Assembly: GCA_022750415.1 (NCBI GenBank)
Contig: JAKIVT010000003.1
Coordinates: forward strand, 1-56,731
Direction: 5' to 3'
Source of the DNA: Thermoplasmata archaeon
GTDB lineage: Archaea > Thermoplasmatota > Thermoplasmata > Lutacidiplasmatales > UBA184
DNA length: 56,731 nucleotides
Shown here piece after piece: positions 9,462 to 18,377 of the stretch (positions are counted from its first letter, which is position 1; every line of letters starts with the position of its first letter). The position numbers and the translations under genes are program-made. A model generated the notes under the pieces. It did no database searches, had not been told where the DNA came from, and saw only the letters and a program-made list of their open reading frames with translations.

Positions 9462-9528
9462 CGTTCCTCCCCCGCGAACCATTGGCCCTTCGCCTAAACC
9501 GTTTCCGCGGTCCCCCGGACGGCGGGAG

Positions 9529-9534
9529 ATTTAT
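9529..9534. promoter_or_regulatory. shared TATA element (ATTTAT) between divergent metG and thyX
   Basis: It is the only AT-rich hexamer in the 9483-9558 spacer. It is centred about 28 nt upstream of thyX ATG 9559, implying a leaderless transcript. It lies about 65-70 nt upstream of the metG ATG, which has its own SD. Confidence 0.5.
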
Positions 9535-9558
9535 CGGCCGGGGCCGCTCCCGACCCCG

Positions 9559-10464
9559 ATGACGGACGAGGCGCCGATGACGCGCCCGAGCATTCCGGAA
9601 GCCGACCGCCTCATCGGGGTGAAACGTCCGGTCCTGAGTCACGGGTACGTCGTCCTCGTGGACTACATGGGCGGAGACGCGGCGATCGTCCAGGCCGCGC
9701 GCGTCTCGTACGGCGCCGGCACCAAGAGCGTCCGGGACGACCGTGGCCTCATCCGCTACCTCCTGCGGCATCGGCACACGACGCCGTTCGAGATGGTCGA
9801 GCTGAAGTTTCTGATCCGGCTTCCGGTCTACGTCGCCCGTCAGATGATTCGGACGAGAACAAGCAATGTTAATGAATATTCTGCACGTTATTCCGTAGTG
9901 TCTGATGAGTTCGACCGCCCCGAGTTGGTCGACGTGCGACGCCAGTCGACACGAAATCGACAAGGCCGAGGCGACGCGCTGCCCCTCGAGGTCTCCCAGA
10001 AATTTTTGGGCGACCTGGATCGTGTCACGAAGGATGCGTACCGGTCGTACACTGAGGCCCTCGAAGCGGGGGTGGCCCGTGAGACGGCTCGGATGATCCT
10101 GCCGCTCGCCCACTACACCGAGTGGTATTGGAAGATCGACCTCCACAACCTGTTCCACTTCTTGTCGCTACGACTCGACCCCCACGCCCAGGAGGAGATT
10201 CGCCGTTACGCGGCAGAGATGGCGGCGATTGCCCACACCGTCGCGCCCGTCGCGTGCGAAGCATTCGACGAGTTCCAGCTCGGGGGCCTCGCATTGAGCC
10301 GCCGGGAGCAACGCGCCGTGCGAGAGATGCTGGGGGGCGCCACCGTCGAGGACGCGTGCCGCACCGCGGGCCTGCCGACCGTTCGCGAGAATGGGAAACC
10401 GATGACCACCGGGGAAGGTGTGGAGTTCCGCGAGAAGCTCGAACGGATCCGGTCGCCGGACTAG
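9559..10464 (+). CDS. thyX: FAD-dependent thymidylate synthase ThyX (non-canonical signature motif)
   Basis: HGYVVLVDYMGGD...RHRHTTPFEMVELKFLIRLPVYVARQMIRTRTSNVNEYSARYS...HYTEWYWKIDLHNLFHFLSLR matches the Thy1/ThyX fold throughout. The start is set at ATG 9559 rather than 9397 on promoter geometry. Confidence 0.85.
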   Translation: MTDEAPMTRPSIPEADRLIGVKRPVLSHGYVVLVDYMGGDAAIVQAARVSYGAGTKSVRDDRGLIRYLLRHRHTTPFEMVELKFLIRLPVYVARQMIRTRTSNVNEYSARYSVVSDEFDRPELVDVRRQSTRNRQGRGDALPLEVSQKFLGDLDRVTKDAYRSYTEALEAGVARETARMILPLAHYTEWYWKIDLHNLFHFLSLRLDPHAQEEIRRYAAEMAAIAHTVAPVACEAFDEFQLGGLALSRREQRAVREMLGGATVEDACRTAGLPTVRENGKPMTTGEGVEFREKLERIRSPD

Positions 10465-10482
10465 ACCTGGGACCGCGACAAA

Positions 10483-11679
10483 CTAGAACCGGGGGTGACT
10501 CCCGCCTTCGAGGGTGAACCCCGCGCGGGGCGGAAACGGTTCGGCCTTACCGCCGAACCGGTCGGGACGGACCGGAACAAGCGCGGCCCGCGCGCTCTCG
10601 GAGGCGGGGGCCGCGATCAGGTCGGCGAGGCGACGGGCGGCGCCGCCCGCGCGCATGACACCGAAACCATTGAACCCGGTCAGAACGTAGAGCCCGCTCG
10701 ACGGGTCGAGCGCCCCGATGCACGGTCGGCGATCTGGGGTAGCCGTGCAGACGCCCGCCCAAGCGCCAACGACCTCGCTCGTCTCCCACTCCGGGACCCA
10801 ACGCCCGAGCGACTCGGCAAGATGCGCCAGGAACTCCGAGTCCGCCCCAGTCACGAACCGGTCCGGGTCCGTCTCAAATTTCTCCGTCCCGTCTCCGGCG
10901 AGGATTCGCCCGTTTACCTCGGGCCGGGCATAGACATCCGTGTCCAGGTCGTGGAGCGAGGCGCCACCCCCGAGGGATTGGGACCCGGGAGGTCGCAAGA
11001 CCGCCGCCTGCGTTCGGTACGGGGTGAGGGGAAGCGGGTGGCCGAGGTCCCGGAGGAGACGCTTCGACCACGCTCCCGCGGCGACGACGAGGGCGCGAGA
11101 GTGCCAGCGGGACTCCCCCGCCTGGACCGTCCAGAGTCCGTCGGAGAACGTCGGGACCTCGACGTGTCCCCCGAAGGCCGCATCGGCCCCGCGGCCTCTC
11201 GCCCGGGCGAGGTAGAGGCTGGTGATCGTGCTCGGGGTCACGCAGGCGTCTGAGTCGGACGCGATCGCTCCGGCGAGCCGCTCAAACCGACCGTTCGGGA
11301 ACCAGCGCCGGAGCTCCTCCGCCCCGAGTTCCTCGACCGAGACCCCCCACCCTCGAAGTCGCTCGACGGCGGCCCGAAGCGCCGTGGCCACCTCGGCCAC
11401 CGACGTCAGCCGGACGAACGGGGCGTCCACGAACGCCTCCGGTTCCTTGGCGGCGGCGAGTTCCCGGTACTCCTCCCGGCTCTCGCGGGTGACGGCCACA
11501 TCCCACGGATTCCACAACTGTTCGGTAACGATTCCCGCCGCCCGGCCGCTCGCTCCGGCGGCCGGCGTCCTCGGGTCGATGAGCGCGACGTTTAGCGAAC
11601 GCTTCGCGAGGTGGTCGGTAAGCGCCGCCCCGGCAATGCCCGCCCCGAGAACGACGACGTCTTTCGGGGCGTCCGCCAC
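10483..11679 (-). CDS. FAD-dependent oxidoreductase (DAO family, glycine/sarcosine oxidase-like)
   Basis: N-terminal DVVVLGAGIAGAALTDHLA Rossmann motif, ...ASGRAAGIV..., 398 aa, typical DAO-family layout. Confidence 0.8.
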   Translation of the reverse strand: MADAPKDVVVLGAGIAGAALTDHLAKRSLNVALIDPRTPAAGASGRAAGIVTEQLWNPWDVAVTRESREEYRELAAAKEPEAFVDAPFVRLTSVAEVATALRAAVERLRGWGVSVEELGAEELRRWFPNGRFERLAGAIASDSDACVTPSTITSLYLARARGRGADAAFGGHVEVPTFSDGLWTVQAGESRWHSRALVVAAGAWSKRLLRDLGHPLPLTPYRTQAAVLRPPGSQSLGGGASLHDLDTDVYARPEVNGRILAGDGTEKFETDPDRFVTGADSEFLAHLAESLGRWVPEWETSEVVGAWAGVCTATPDRRPCIGALDPSSGLYVLTGFNGFGVMRAGGAARRLADLIAAPASESARAALVPVRPDRFGGKAEPFPPRAGFTLEGGSHPRF

Positions 11680-11701
11680 GGCGGCGCGAAGGCCGTCCCG
11701 C

Positions 11702-12613
11702 CTAATATTGGGGCTTCGCGCGGGTGTAGGCGTCGCGGAGCGCCTGCGTGTCGACGTGGGTGTAGATCTGGGTCGTGGCGACCGAGGCGTGCCCGAGGAG
11801 CTTCTGGATGTACCGGATGTCGCAGCCCCGCGACAGGAGCGCGGTCGCGAGGGTGTGGCGGAGCATGTGGGGGGTGACGCGCTGCGTAATGGCCGCGTCT
11901 CGGGCCGCCCGTCGCACGATCCGCTCCACCGTGACGGGTCCGACGGGGAAGAGCCGGGTCGACCCCTCGCCGGCGAGCGCCCGTTCGGTCAGGTACCGGT
12001 CGATGGCGGTCCGGGTCTTGTCTTCCATGACCACCTCACGGTCCTTGTCCCCCTTTCCGGAGCGAACATGGAGGAGATTGCGTTGGAACTCGACGTCCTC
12101 CAGCGAGAGGTTGCAGAGTTCGCTCACCCGAAGCCCGCAGAATGCCAGCACGTGGACCATCGCCGAGTCCCGCGGCGAATCCGCGACGGCGGTGAACAGT
12201 CGGTGGGTCTCCTCCTCAGAGAGGTAGTGCGGAAGCCGTTCCGGCCGACGGGGCGCTTCGAGCCCCTCGGCGGCGGCGAGCCCGAAGGTGCGGAAGAGGC
12301 AGGTGAGCCCACGGACCGTCGTGTAGACCGAGTTCTTCGAGTAGTGGCGTTGGAGCACGAGGTATTCCCGGAACGCCTCGAGGTCCCGTTTGGTCACTTC
12401 GTCGAGGGGCTTGTGAACGTACCCGAGGAATGTCCGGGCGATGTGCCCGTACTGTTTCACGGTGCAGGGGCTCCGCTCGTGACTTTGCAGGATCCGCTGG
12501 AACCGTCCCACCATTTCGTCGACGGTGAACACCGGTTCCGGCGCGATTCCGGTCGCGGCGGCGCCCCGGCCGCGATGCCCCGGGGAGCGCTCCCGCGACA
12601 CCGAGGAGGCCAT
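11702..12613 (-). CDS. xerA: tyrosine recombinase, XerA/XerC-like
   Basis: The N-terminal SAM-like core-binding domain and the complete catalytic set are visible: R (GLRVSE), K (GKGDKDR), HxxR (HMLRHT), H (LLGHAS), Y (QIYTHV). Confidence 0.75.
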   Translation of the reverse strand: MASSVSRERSPGHRGRGAAATGIAPEPVFTVDEMVGRFQRILQSHERSPCTVKQYGHIARTFLGYVHKPLDEVTKRDLEAFREYLVLQRHYSKNSVYTTVRGLTCLFRTFGLAAAEGLEAPRRPERLPHYLSEEETHRLFTAVADSPRDSAMVHVLAFCGLRVSELCNLSLEDVEFQRNLLHVRSGKGDKDREVVMEDKTRTAIDRYLTERALAGEGSTRLFPVGPVTVERIVRRAARDAAITQRVTPHMLRHTLATALLSRGCDIRYIQKLLGHASVATTQIYTHVDTQALRDAYTRAKPQY

Positions 12614-12639
12614 CAGTTGGTTGCTGGCCGGGGAGACCC

Positions 12640-12647
12640 TAATTAAT
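12640..12647. promoter_or_regulatory. palindromic TATA element (TAATTAAT) between divergent xerA and the ttuA-like gene
   Basis: Centred about 30 nt upstream of xerA ATG 12613. It overlaps the first possible ATG (12646) of the ttuA-like ORF, which argues for the downstream ATG 12691. Confidence 0.45.
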
Positions 12648-12690
12648 GGTTGAGTCCAGAGGAACGCGAACCGCCTCTCCTCAAGTACCG

Positions 12691-13647
12691 ATGTCGCTCT
12701 CGAGGGCTGTGGAGTGCGACCGGTGCCCCCGGCCAGCGGTCGTGGACCGCCCGTACGCGGCCGACCACCTGTGCGATCCCCACCTGGCGGAGACGGTCCG
12801 CGACCGCTTCCAACGCTCGCTCCGACGCCAGCTCCCGAAGTTTCGAGGCCGGACGGTGGCGGTCGCGGTCTCGGGCGGGAAGGACTCCGCGGTCGCCCTG
12901 TCGTTGACCCACGCCTACTTCCAGCGTCGGCGCGGGGTCGAGGTCGTCGCCCTCACTGTCAACGAGGGAATCCGGGGGTACCGGCCCAAGACGATCCGTT
13001 CCGCCCGGGCGCTGACGAAGACGCTCGGGGTCCGGCACGTCGTCGTCCGGGCCCAGAAAGAGCTCGGAACGACGACCGACGCCGCCGCTTTGCGGATGGT
13101 CGGCACGCCGCCCTGTTCGTACTGCGGGGTTTGGCGTCGGCAGCTCCTGAATCGGGCCGCTCGGGATGCCGGAGCGGACGCCCTCGTCCTCGGCTTCAAC
13201 CTCGACGACCTCGCCCAGACCGTGCTGATGAACGTCGCCCGCGCGGATGTCGCCCGTCTCGGCCGGATGGCCCCGCATACCGTCCGCCAAGACGGGCTCG
13301 TGCCCCGGGTGGCCCCCCTCGCCGAGGTACCGGAACGGGAGGTCTACCTGTACGCTCGGGCCGCGGGGCTCCCGTTCGACCATGCGGAGTGCCCGTTCGC
13401 GCACCGCGCGAGCCGCAACGTCTTCCGGGAAGCCGTCTGGCAACTCGAAGAGGCCCTTCCCGGGACCCGGCAATCGCTGTTGCGGAGCCGCGAGACGATC
13501 GTCCACCTGCTCGAGTCGGTCGGCACCGTCACCGGGGCGCCCCAACGATGCGCCGAATGTGGGGAGCCCTCGACGGGAACCCTGTGTCGGGCCTGCGAGT
13601 ACCGCCGCGAGCTGTCGGCACCCGTTATGGGGGTCGCCGCCTCGTGA
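12691..13647 (+). CDS. ttuA: tRNA 2-thiolation PP-loop ATPase, TtuA/NcsA family
   Basis: N-terminal CDRC...C zinc finger, PP-loop SGGKDS, central CSYCGVWRR cluster motif, C-terminal CAECG...CRAC zinc finger. Start is 12691, with 12646 as the alternative. Confidence 0.8.
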   Translation: MSLSRAVECDRCPRPAVVDRPYAADHLCDPHLAETVRDRFQRSLRRQLPKFRGRTVAVAVSGGKDSAVALSLTHAYFQRRRGVEVVALTVNEGIRGYRPKTIRSARALTKTLGVRHVVVRAQKELGTTTDAAALRMVGTPPCSYCGVWRRQLLNRAARDAGADALVLGFNLDDLAQTVLMNVARADVARLGRMAPHTVRQDGLVPRVAPLAEVPEREVYLYARAAGLPFDHAECPFAHRASRNVFREAVWQLEEALPGTRQSLLRSRETIVHLLESVGTVTGAPQRCAECGEPSTGTLCRACEYRRELSAPVMGVAAS

Positions 13648-14567
13648 CGACGGTGTCGGGGACCGAGCCGCTCGAGACCGGCAGCGACCCCCGCCAGTCC
13701 GTCTCCCGTCGGATCTTCGTGGCGGGTGCCGGGATCATGGGGAGCGGGATCGCGGCCCAGGCCGCCCTGGGCGGGTACGCAGTCACCCTCGAAGACGTGA
13801 ACGAGGAGTTCGCCCGCCGGGGGCTGGACAACGCCCGTCGGGCCCTCGAGAGCGCATCGAAACGGGGCAAGGTCTCCCCCGCGAACGTCCAAGTGGCGCT
13901 CGGCCGGATCGATGTCGCGATCGGGCTCCGACGGGCCGAGGGGGCGGACATCGTCGTCGAGGCCGCTCCCGAGAAGCTCGAAATCAAGCGGGCGCTCTTC
14001 GAGGAGCTTTCCGGGATCGTCGGACCGTCCACGATTCTCGCGACCAACACCTCCTCCCTTCCGGTCACCTCGATCGCCTCGGCGGCGGTCGACCCGGGCC
14101 GGGTCGTCGGGATCCACTTCTTCAACCCGGTGCTCCAGATGGAGCTCGTCGAGGTGATCCCGGGCCTCCACACGCGGCCCGAGGTCGTCGCGCGCGCGAG
14201 CGAGTTCGCCCGCTCGCTCGGCAAGAGCGTCGTCACGTCGAAGGACACGCCCGGGTTCGTCACGACCCGGGCCCTCGCCGTCCTCGGCAACGAGGCGGCT
14301 TGGATGCTCTACGAGGGGACGGCGACGAAGGAGGACATCGACGTGGCGTACAAGCTCGGGTTCCACCACCCGATGGGACCGTTCGAGCTCCTTGACCTCG
14401 TCGGGCTGGACACCACGGTGGCCATCCTCGACGTCCTCTGGGACGGATTCCGGGACTCGAAGTACCGGACCTGCCCGTTGCTGCGGTCGATGGTCGCGGC
14501 GGGCAAGCTCGGCCGAAAGTCCGGGTCCGGGTTCTACGAGTACCCTCCGAAGGTCGCGGGAGCCTAG
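13644..14567 (+). CDS. hbd: 3-hydroxyacyl-CoA (3-hydroxybutyryl-CoA) dehydrogenase
   Basis: IFVAGAGIMGSGIA NAD-binding motif, ...TNTSSLPVT...GIHFFNPV...MELVEVI...DTPGFV...LGFHHPMGPFELLDLVGLD. The GTG start at 13644 overlaps the ttuA stop (GTGA). The 617-aa track ORF is over-extended. Confidence 0.85.
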   Translation: MTTVSGTEPLETGSDPRQSVSRRIFVAGAGIMGSGIAAQAALGGYAVTLEDVNEEFARRGLDNARRALESASKRGKVSPANVQVALGRIDVAIGLRRAEGADIVVEAAPEKLEIKRALFEELSGIVGPSTILATNTSSLPVTSIASAAVDPGRVVGIHFFNPVLQMELVEVIPGLHTRPEVVARASEFARSLGKSVVTSKDTPGFVTTRALAVLGNEAAWMLYEGTATKEDIDVAYKLGFHHPMGPFELLDLVGLDTTVAILDVLWDGFRDSKYRTCPLLRSMVAAGKLGRKSGSGFYEYPPKVAGA

Positions 14568-14573
14568 GCGACG

Positions 14574-15425
14574 ATGGTCGACCTGACCGGGTTCGAGGAC
14601 CTCATCATCCTCGCCCTGACGGCGCTCCTGCCGGCGCTCGGCTACCTCCTCTGGGTGCGCCAGAGCGAACGGCTCGGCCACGAGCCGTGGTCGCTCCTCA
14701 TGCGGCTGTTCCTGTTCGGAGCGCTCGGCGCCACCGTCATCGCCGCCATCCTGGAGGTCGTCATCGTCGACCTCGGCACCGCGGTCTCCCAGAAGTACCC
14801 GGGACCGGAGTTTGGGTTCCTCAACGGCAGCTCGACACTGGGGGCGTTCTTCCTCGTCCTGGTCGTTGCCCCGTTCGTCGAAGAGGCGCTGAAGGCGGCG
14901 GGCGTCGTCCAGTACCGCTCGTCGATGCGCCGGCTCGCGGACGGGCCCGTCTTCGGGGCGGCGGTGGGGCTGGGCTTCGGGTTCTTCGAGACCCTCCTGT
15001 ACGGTCTGGGTGCGTTCCTCGCCGGCGGCCTCGCCGCCGGCATTGCCCTGATCCTCGTCCGGTCGATCTCCTCCGTGCTCTTGCACGGGAGCTCGACGGC
15101 GATGTTCGGGCGCGGCTACGCCTCGAACGTCTACGAGAAGAAGACCGGCGCCGCCGGGGCGTACTACCTGCTCGCCGTCGGGATGCACGCCTCGTTCAAC
15201 GCCCTCGCCTCGCTCGGGGCGATCGTCGTCGTCCTCGGTCTGCCGAGCGGGATCGGAACGTACGCCGACCTGATTGGCCTCCTGGCCGCCATCGCGTTCG
15301 CCTTCGCCGCGATCGAACATGTACGAACGATCATCGCCCGTTCGGATTTCCCCGGCGCGGACGCCGTCCACCCCCGATACCGTCCGCCGGCGGCCCGACG
15401 CTTGCAACCGCCCGTCCGGCGCTAA
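14574..15425 (+). CDS. PrsW-family intramembrane metalloprotease
   Basis: Multi-TM protein with the EEALKAAG motif, a later HGSSTAMFG and a MHASFN histidine motif, as in PrsW/PF13367-type proteases. Confidence 0.7.
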   Translation: MVDLTGFEDLIILALTALLPALGYLLWVRQSERLGHEPWSLLMRLFLFGALGATVIAAILEVVIVDLGTAVSQKYPGPEFGFLNGSSTLGAFFLVLVVAPFVEEALKAAGVVQYRSSMRRLADGPVFGAAVGLGFGFFETLLYGLGAFLAGGLAAGIALILVRSISSVLLHGSSTAMFGRGYASNVYEKKTGAAGAYYLLAVGMHASFNALASLGAIVVVLGLPSGIGTYADLIGLLAAIAFAFAAIEHVRTIIARSDFPGADAVHPRYRPPAARRLQPPVRR

Positions 15426-15467
15426 CCTTCGAGGGTGGGGGAGGGATTCCCCGGAAACTGGACGACG

Positions 15468-15887
15468 TTACGGGGCCGGAGGGGTCGGTGGGGGGTTGCC
15501 GCGTCGATTCCAGGCGCTGTCCCCGATGTCGCGGTACATCGCCTCGTCGGCGTCCTCGGACTTCGGCGTCCGGTCCCGTCCGGCATCGCGGATCCGGTCC
15601 TTCTTGAGGATCCAGTAGTGGATTCGCCAGGTCTTGCCTCGCGACACGGTGGCGTCCTCTTCCTCGCTGGTGAGGAGACCCTCCTCTTCGAGCCGGTAGA
15701 ACCGGTCCCGGTCGTCGCTCGAGAGCTTGTTGTCGAGGACCGTATCATCGAGGCCGAAATATCCGAGGACCATCCGCGCGGTCGGGAGCGCCTCTTCGGC
15801 CGGCATCTTCCCGTGGGCAACGAGCGTCCGCTCGATCGCCCGCACCAGCTCCGCCTCGCGAATGACGTCCACGGCGAGGGCGGTCAC
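15468..15887 (-). CDS. conserved-looking hypothetical cytoplasmic protein
   Basis: Non-artefactual composition (LVRAIERTLVAHGKMPAEEALPTARMVLGYFGLDD...TWRIHYWILKKDRI, acidic/basic tail). Start uncertain: GTG 15887, or the longest ORF start 15953, which would overlap pus10. Confidence 0.5.
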   Translation of the reverse strand: MTALAVDVIREAELVRAIERTLVAHGKMPAEEALPTARMVLGYFGLDDTVLDNKLSSDDRDRFYRLEEEGLLTSEEEDATVSRGKTWRIHYWILKKDRIRDAGRDRTPKSEDADEAMYRDIGDSAWNRRGNPPPTPPAP

Positions 15888-15899
15888 CGTCCGCAGGCG

Positions 15900-15909
15900 G
15901 AAATAGTTT
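15900..15909. promoter_or_regulatory. AT-rich TATA-like element (AAATAGTTTC) between the divergent hypothetical gene and pus10
   Basis: It is the only AT-rich stretch in the spacer, 29-38 nt upstream of pus10 GTG 15938. Confidence 0.4.
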
Positions 15910-15937
15910 CGCGGCGGCCGCGTGCCCACAACGTCAT

Positions 15938-17197
15938 GTGCGCGGCCCCGCATCGGCGGCCGTCGTGACGGACCCCACCTTCCCGCTCGGCCCGGAGGTC
16001 CTCGACCCCGCGCGCCGCGCGCTCGGACGGGGACTCTGCGCGGAATGTTTCGGCCGCCTCTTCGGGCGGATGGGTCATGGACTCACCAACCCGGGGCGGG
16101 CCGCCCGGATCGCCGAGGCGCTCGGACCGCTCCCGCCGACGACGGCCTGCCCGGTGTGCGAAGGAGCGTTCGACCGGATCCCCGTCTGGGTCGAGCGGTG
16201 CGAGGCCGCGGGGGTTGAGTACGAGTGGCAGCGGTTTTCGTGCGGCTCCCGGTGGGAACCGGAGACGCTCGCCCGCGAGGAATCGCTCTGGCTCGAGGTC
16301 GGCACCTCGGGCGGCGAGAGCGTCCGCAGTGCGTTTAACCGGGAACTCGGCAAGCGGCTCGAGGCGGCCAGCGGTTCGGAGGGGGCCCCCGACCGGCCCG
16401 ACGTCGTCTTCCTGGCGGACCTGCCGGTGGGCCGGGTCGACCTGACGGTGATGCCCGTGTACTTTCTTGGCCGGTACCGTAAACTCGACCGGTCGCTGCC
16501 GCAGACCCGCTGGCCGTGCCGGGCCTGCGGAGGGATCGGTTGCGACCGTTGCTCGGGCACCGGAAAGACGTACCCCACCAGCGTGGAGGAGCTCGTGGCC
16601 GAGCCGTTCCTGCGCGCCACCGGCGGGGAGGGGACCCGGTTCCACGGGATGGGCCGGGAGGACATCGACGCGCGGATGCTAGGCCGGGGCCGCCCGTTCG
16701 TTCTGGAGATCCGCCGCCCGAAGCGCCGGACCGTCGTCCTCGCGGACATCGTCGCCGAGGTCAATCGGGATGCGAAGGACCGGGTCGCGGTCCTCGAAAT
16801 GACGCTCGCGGAGGCGGCCGACGTCGTCCGCGTCAAGGAAGCCTCGCCGCTGAAGAGCTACCGCGTCGGCGTCGCCGGCGTCGTCGCCGTGGCAAAGATT
16901 AATGAAGCCCTGACGTTCGCAACGACCCGAGCCATCGCCCAGCGGACTCCGCGGCGCGTGGCGCACCGACGGGCCGACCGCGTTCGCACGCGGCGGATCG
17001 TCGCGGCGTCGCTCGTCGAGGCGACCGAAGGACGGTTCACGCTCGAGCTGCGTGCCGAGGCCGGTACGTACATCAAGGAGTGGGTGGAAGGGGACGATGG
17101 ACGGACCGACCCGAGCCTCTCGCTGCTCCTCGGAGCGCCCCTGACCGTGGAGTTCCTCGACGTGATCGAGATCCACGACGACCCGAAGGGGGAGTAA
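15938..17197 (+). CDS. pus10: tRNA pseudouridine(54/55) synthase Pus10
   Basis: Zinc ribbon CAECFGRLFG...CPVCEG, a second CRACGGIGCDRCSGTGK motif, a THUMP-like middle region, and the catalytic region GREDIDARMLGRGRPFVLEI. Confidence 0.9.
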   Translation: MRGPASAAVVTDPTFPLGPEVLDPARRALGRGLCAECFGRLFGRMGHGLTNPGRAARIAEALGPLPPTTACPVCEGAFDRIPVWVERCEAAGVEYEWQRFSCGSRWEPETLAREESLWLEVGTSGGESVRSAFNRELGKRLEAASGSEGAPDRPDVVFLADLPVGRVDLTVMPVYFLGRYRKLDRSLPQTRWPCRACGGIGCDRCSGTGKTYPTSVEELVAEPFLRATGGEGTRFHGMGREDIDARMLGRGRPFVLEIRRPKRRTVVLADIVAEVNRDAKDRVAVLEMTLAEAADVVRVKEASPLKSYRVGVAGVVAVAKINEALTFATTRAIAQRTPRRVAHRRADRVRTRRIVAASLVEATEGRFTLELRAEAGTYIKEWVEGDDGRTDPSLSLLLGAPLTVEFLDVIEIHDDPKGE

Positions 17198-17500
17198 ATG
17201 CCGAAGAGCTCGAAGGGATTCCGGTCTCGCAGCCGCGGGACGTTCACGAAGGACGTCCGCGAGAAGGGGATGCCCCCCATCACCCGGTTCCTCCAGACGT
17301 TCGAGGTCGGGGAGAGCGTCCTCGTCAACCTCGAGCCGTCCGACCCTCACGGCCAGCCCCACCCCCGGTACCAGGGACGGACCTGCACCGTCGTCGAGCG
17401 GGTCGGCCGGGCGTACAAGATCGAGTTCGTCGATGGCGGGAAGCGGAAGCAGTTGATCGCCAACCCGGTCCACCTCCGAAAAGCCGGCAAGGGGAACTGA
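17198..17500 (+). CDS. rpl21e: 50S ribosomal protein L21e
   Basis: MPKSSKGFRSRSRGTF...HPRYQGRTCTVVERVGRAYKIEF. The ATG immediately follows the pus10 TAA. Confidence 0.95.
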   Translation: MPKSSKGFRSRSRGTFTKDVREKGMPPITRFLQTFEVGESVLVNLEPSDPHGQPHPRYQGRTCTVVERVGRAYKIEFVDGGKRKQLIANPVHLRKAGKGN

Positions 17501-17501
17501 G

Positions 17502-17816
17502 ATGGTCGAGCCGGTCCCCCTTTCCGACGTCCGCAAGATGCTGACCGAGGAGGCCGGGCGCCGCCCGCTCCCCCGCGAGGCGCTCCTGGCCCAGCAGCAC
17601 TCCGAGCTGTTCGCCCCCCTCCCGCCGGAGGAGGTCCACAAGCTGATCGCCGAGCTCCGGACCCTTCCGTTCATTGACGCCAACCTCGCCGTGAAGATCG
17701 CCGATATTCTCCCCCAGTACCCCGAAGAGGTCCGCCTCCTGTTCGCGAAGGAGCGGGTCGTCCTGGAGGAGGAGCAGCTCACCAAGCTGCTCGAGCTCGT
17801 CGCGCAGTACAAATGA
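17502..17816 (+). CDS. rpoF: DNA-directed RNA polymerase subunit F (Rpo4/Rpb4-like)
   Basis: 104-aa helical protein. Its position directly after rpl21e and before DUF655/ksgA matches the conserved archaeal gene order. LSDVRKML...IADILPQYPEEVRLLF pattern. Confidence 0.8.
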   Translation: MVEPVPLSDVRKMLTEEAGRRPLPREALLAQQHSELFAPLPPEEVHKLIAELRTLPFIDANLAVKIADILPQYPEEVRLLFAKERVVLEEEQLTKLLELVAQYK

Positions 17817-17831
17817 CGGGACGGTCAGGCC

Positions 17832-18377
17832 TTGGAGAACTACGTCTACGTCCTCGATTTCCTGCCCGCCGGCCGGGCGACCGACCGCGGCTACCATAGG
17901 GAACCGGTCGCGCTCGCCGTCGGCGAGACCGAACTGAAGCTGCTGGAGATCCTGCCGAAGCCCGGCGTCACGCTCGTCCCCGGGAAGCGGGTCGCCGTGG
18001 TGCCGGTCGATGGTGTGCCGCCCCCGATCGACCACGTCCGCCGCCGGCTGGGGTACGACGAACTCACCGGGTCCGCGCGCACCGAGTTGACGCCCGCGCT
18101 CGAGTCGATTGTCCGGGGCGACCCGGTCAAGTACCTCCGGTTCTTCAACGACTCCCCATCGGTGTCGCGCCGGTTCCACCTCCTGGAACTCCTCCCCGGG
18201 ATCGGCAAGAAAACGATGCTGGCGATCGTCGAAGAGCGACGGCGGGGACCGTTCACCTCCTTCGCCGACATCGAAGCCCGGCTCCACCTGAAGAACCCCG
18301 AGGGGCTCTTGGTCGGGCGGATCGAGGCGGAGCTGCAAGGTGTCGACGACAAGTACCGGCTCTTCGTCGCTCCCTAG
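17832..18377 (+). CDS. DUF655-family (OB plus helix-hairpin-helix) putative RNA-binding protein
   Basis: ENYVYVLDFLPAGR...LELLPGIGKKTMLAIVEERR... is typical of archaeal DUF655. TTG start. Confidence 0.8.
   Translation: MENYVYVLDFLPAGRATDRGYHREPVALAVGETELKLLEILPKPGVTLVPGKRVAVVPVDGVPPPIDHVRRRLGYDELTGSARTELTPALESIVRGDPVKYLRFFNDSPSVSRRFHLLELLPGIGKKTMLAIVEERRRGPFTSFADIEARLHLKNPEGLLVGRIEAELQGVDDKYRLFVAP

Noticed and set aside
11702-12613. The tyrosine recombinase as a marker of an integrated virus, plasmid or genomic island.
   Set aside because: It is flanked on both sides by ordinary metabolic and housekeeping genes. There are no nearby direct repeats, no adjacent tRNA (tRNA-Cys is 5 kb away) and no viral or conjugative genes. 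The architecture fits the chromosomal XerA dimer-resolution enzyme. A dif site was not identifiable by eye.
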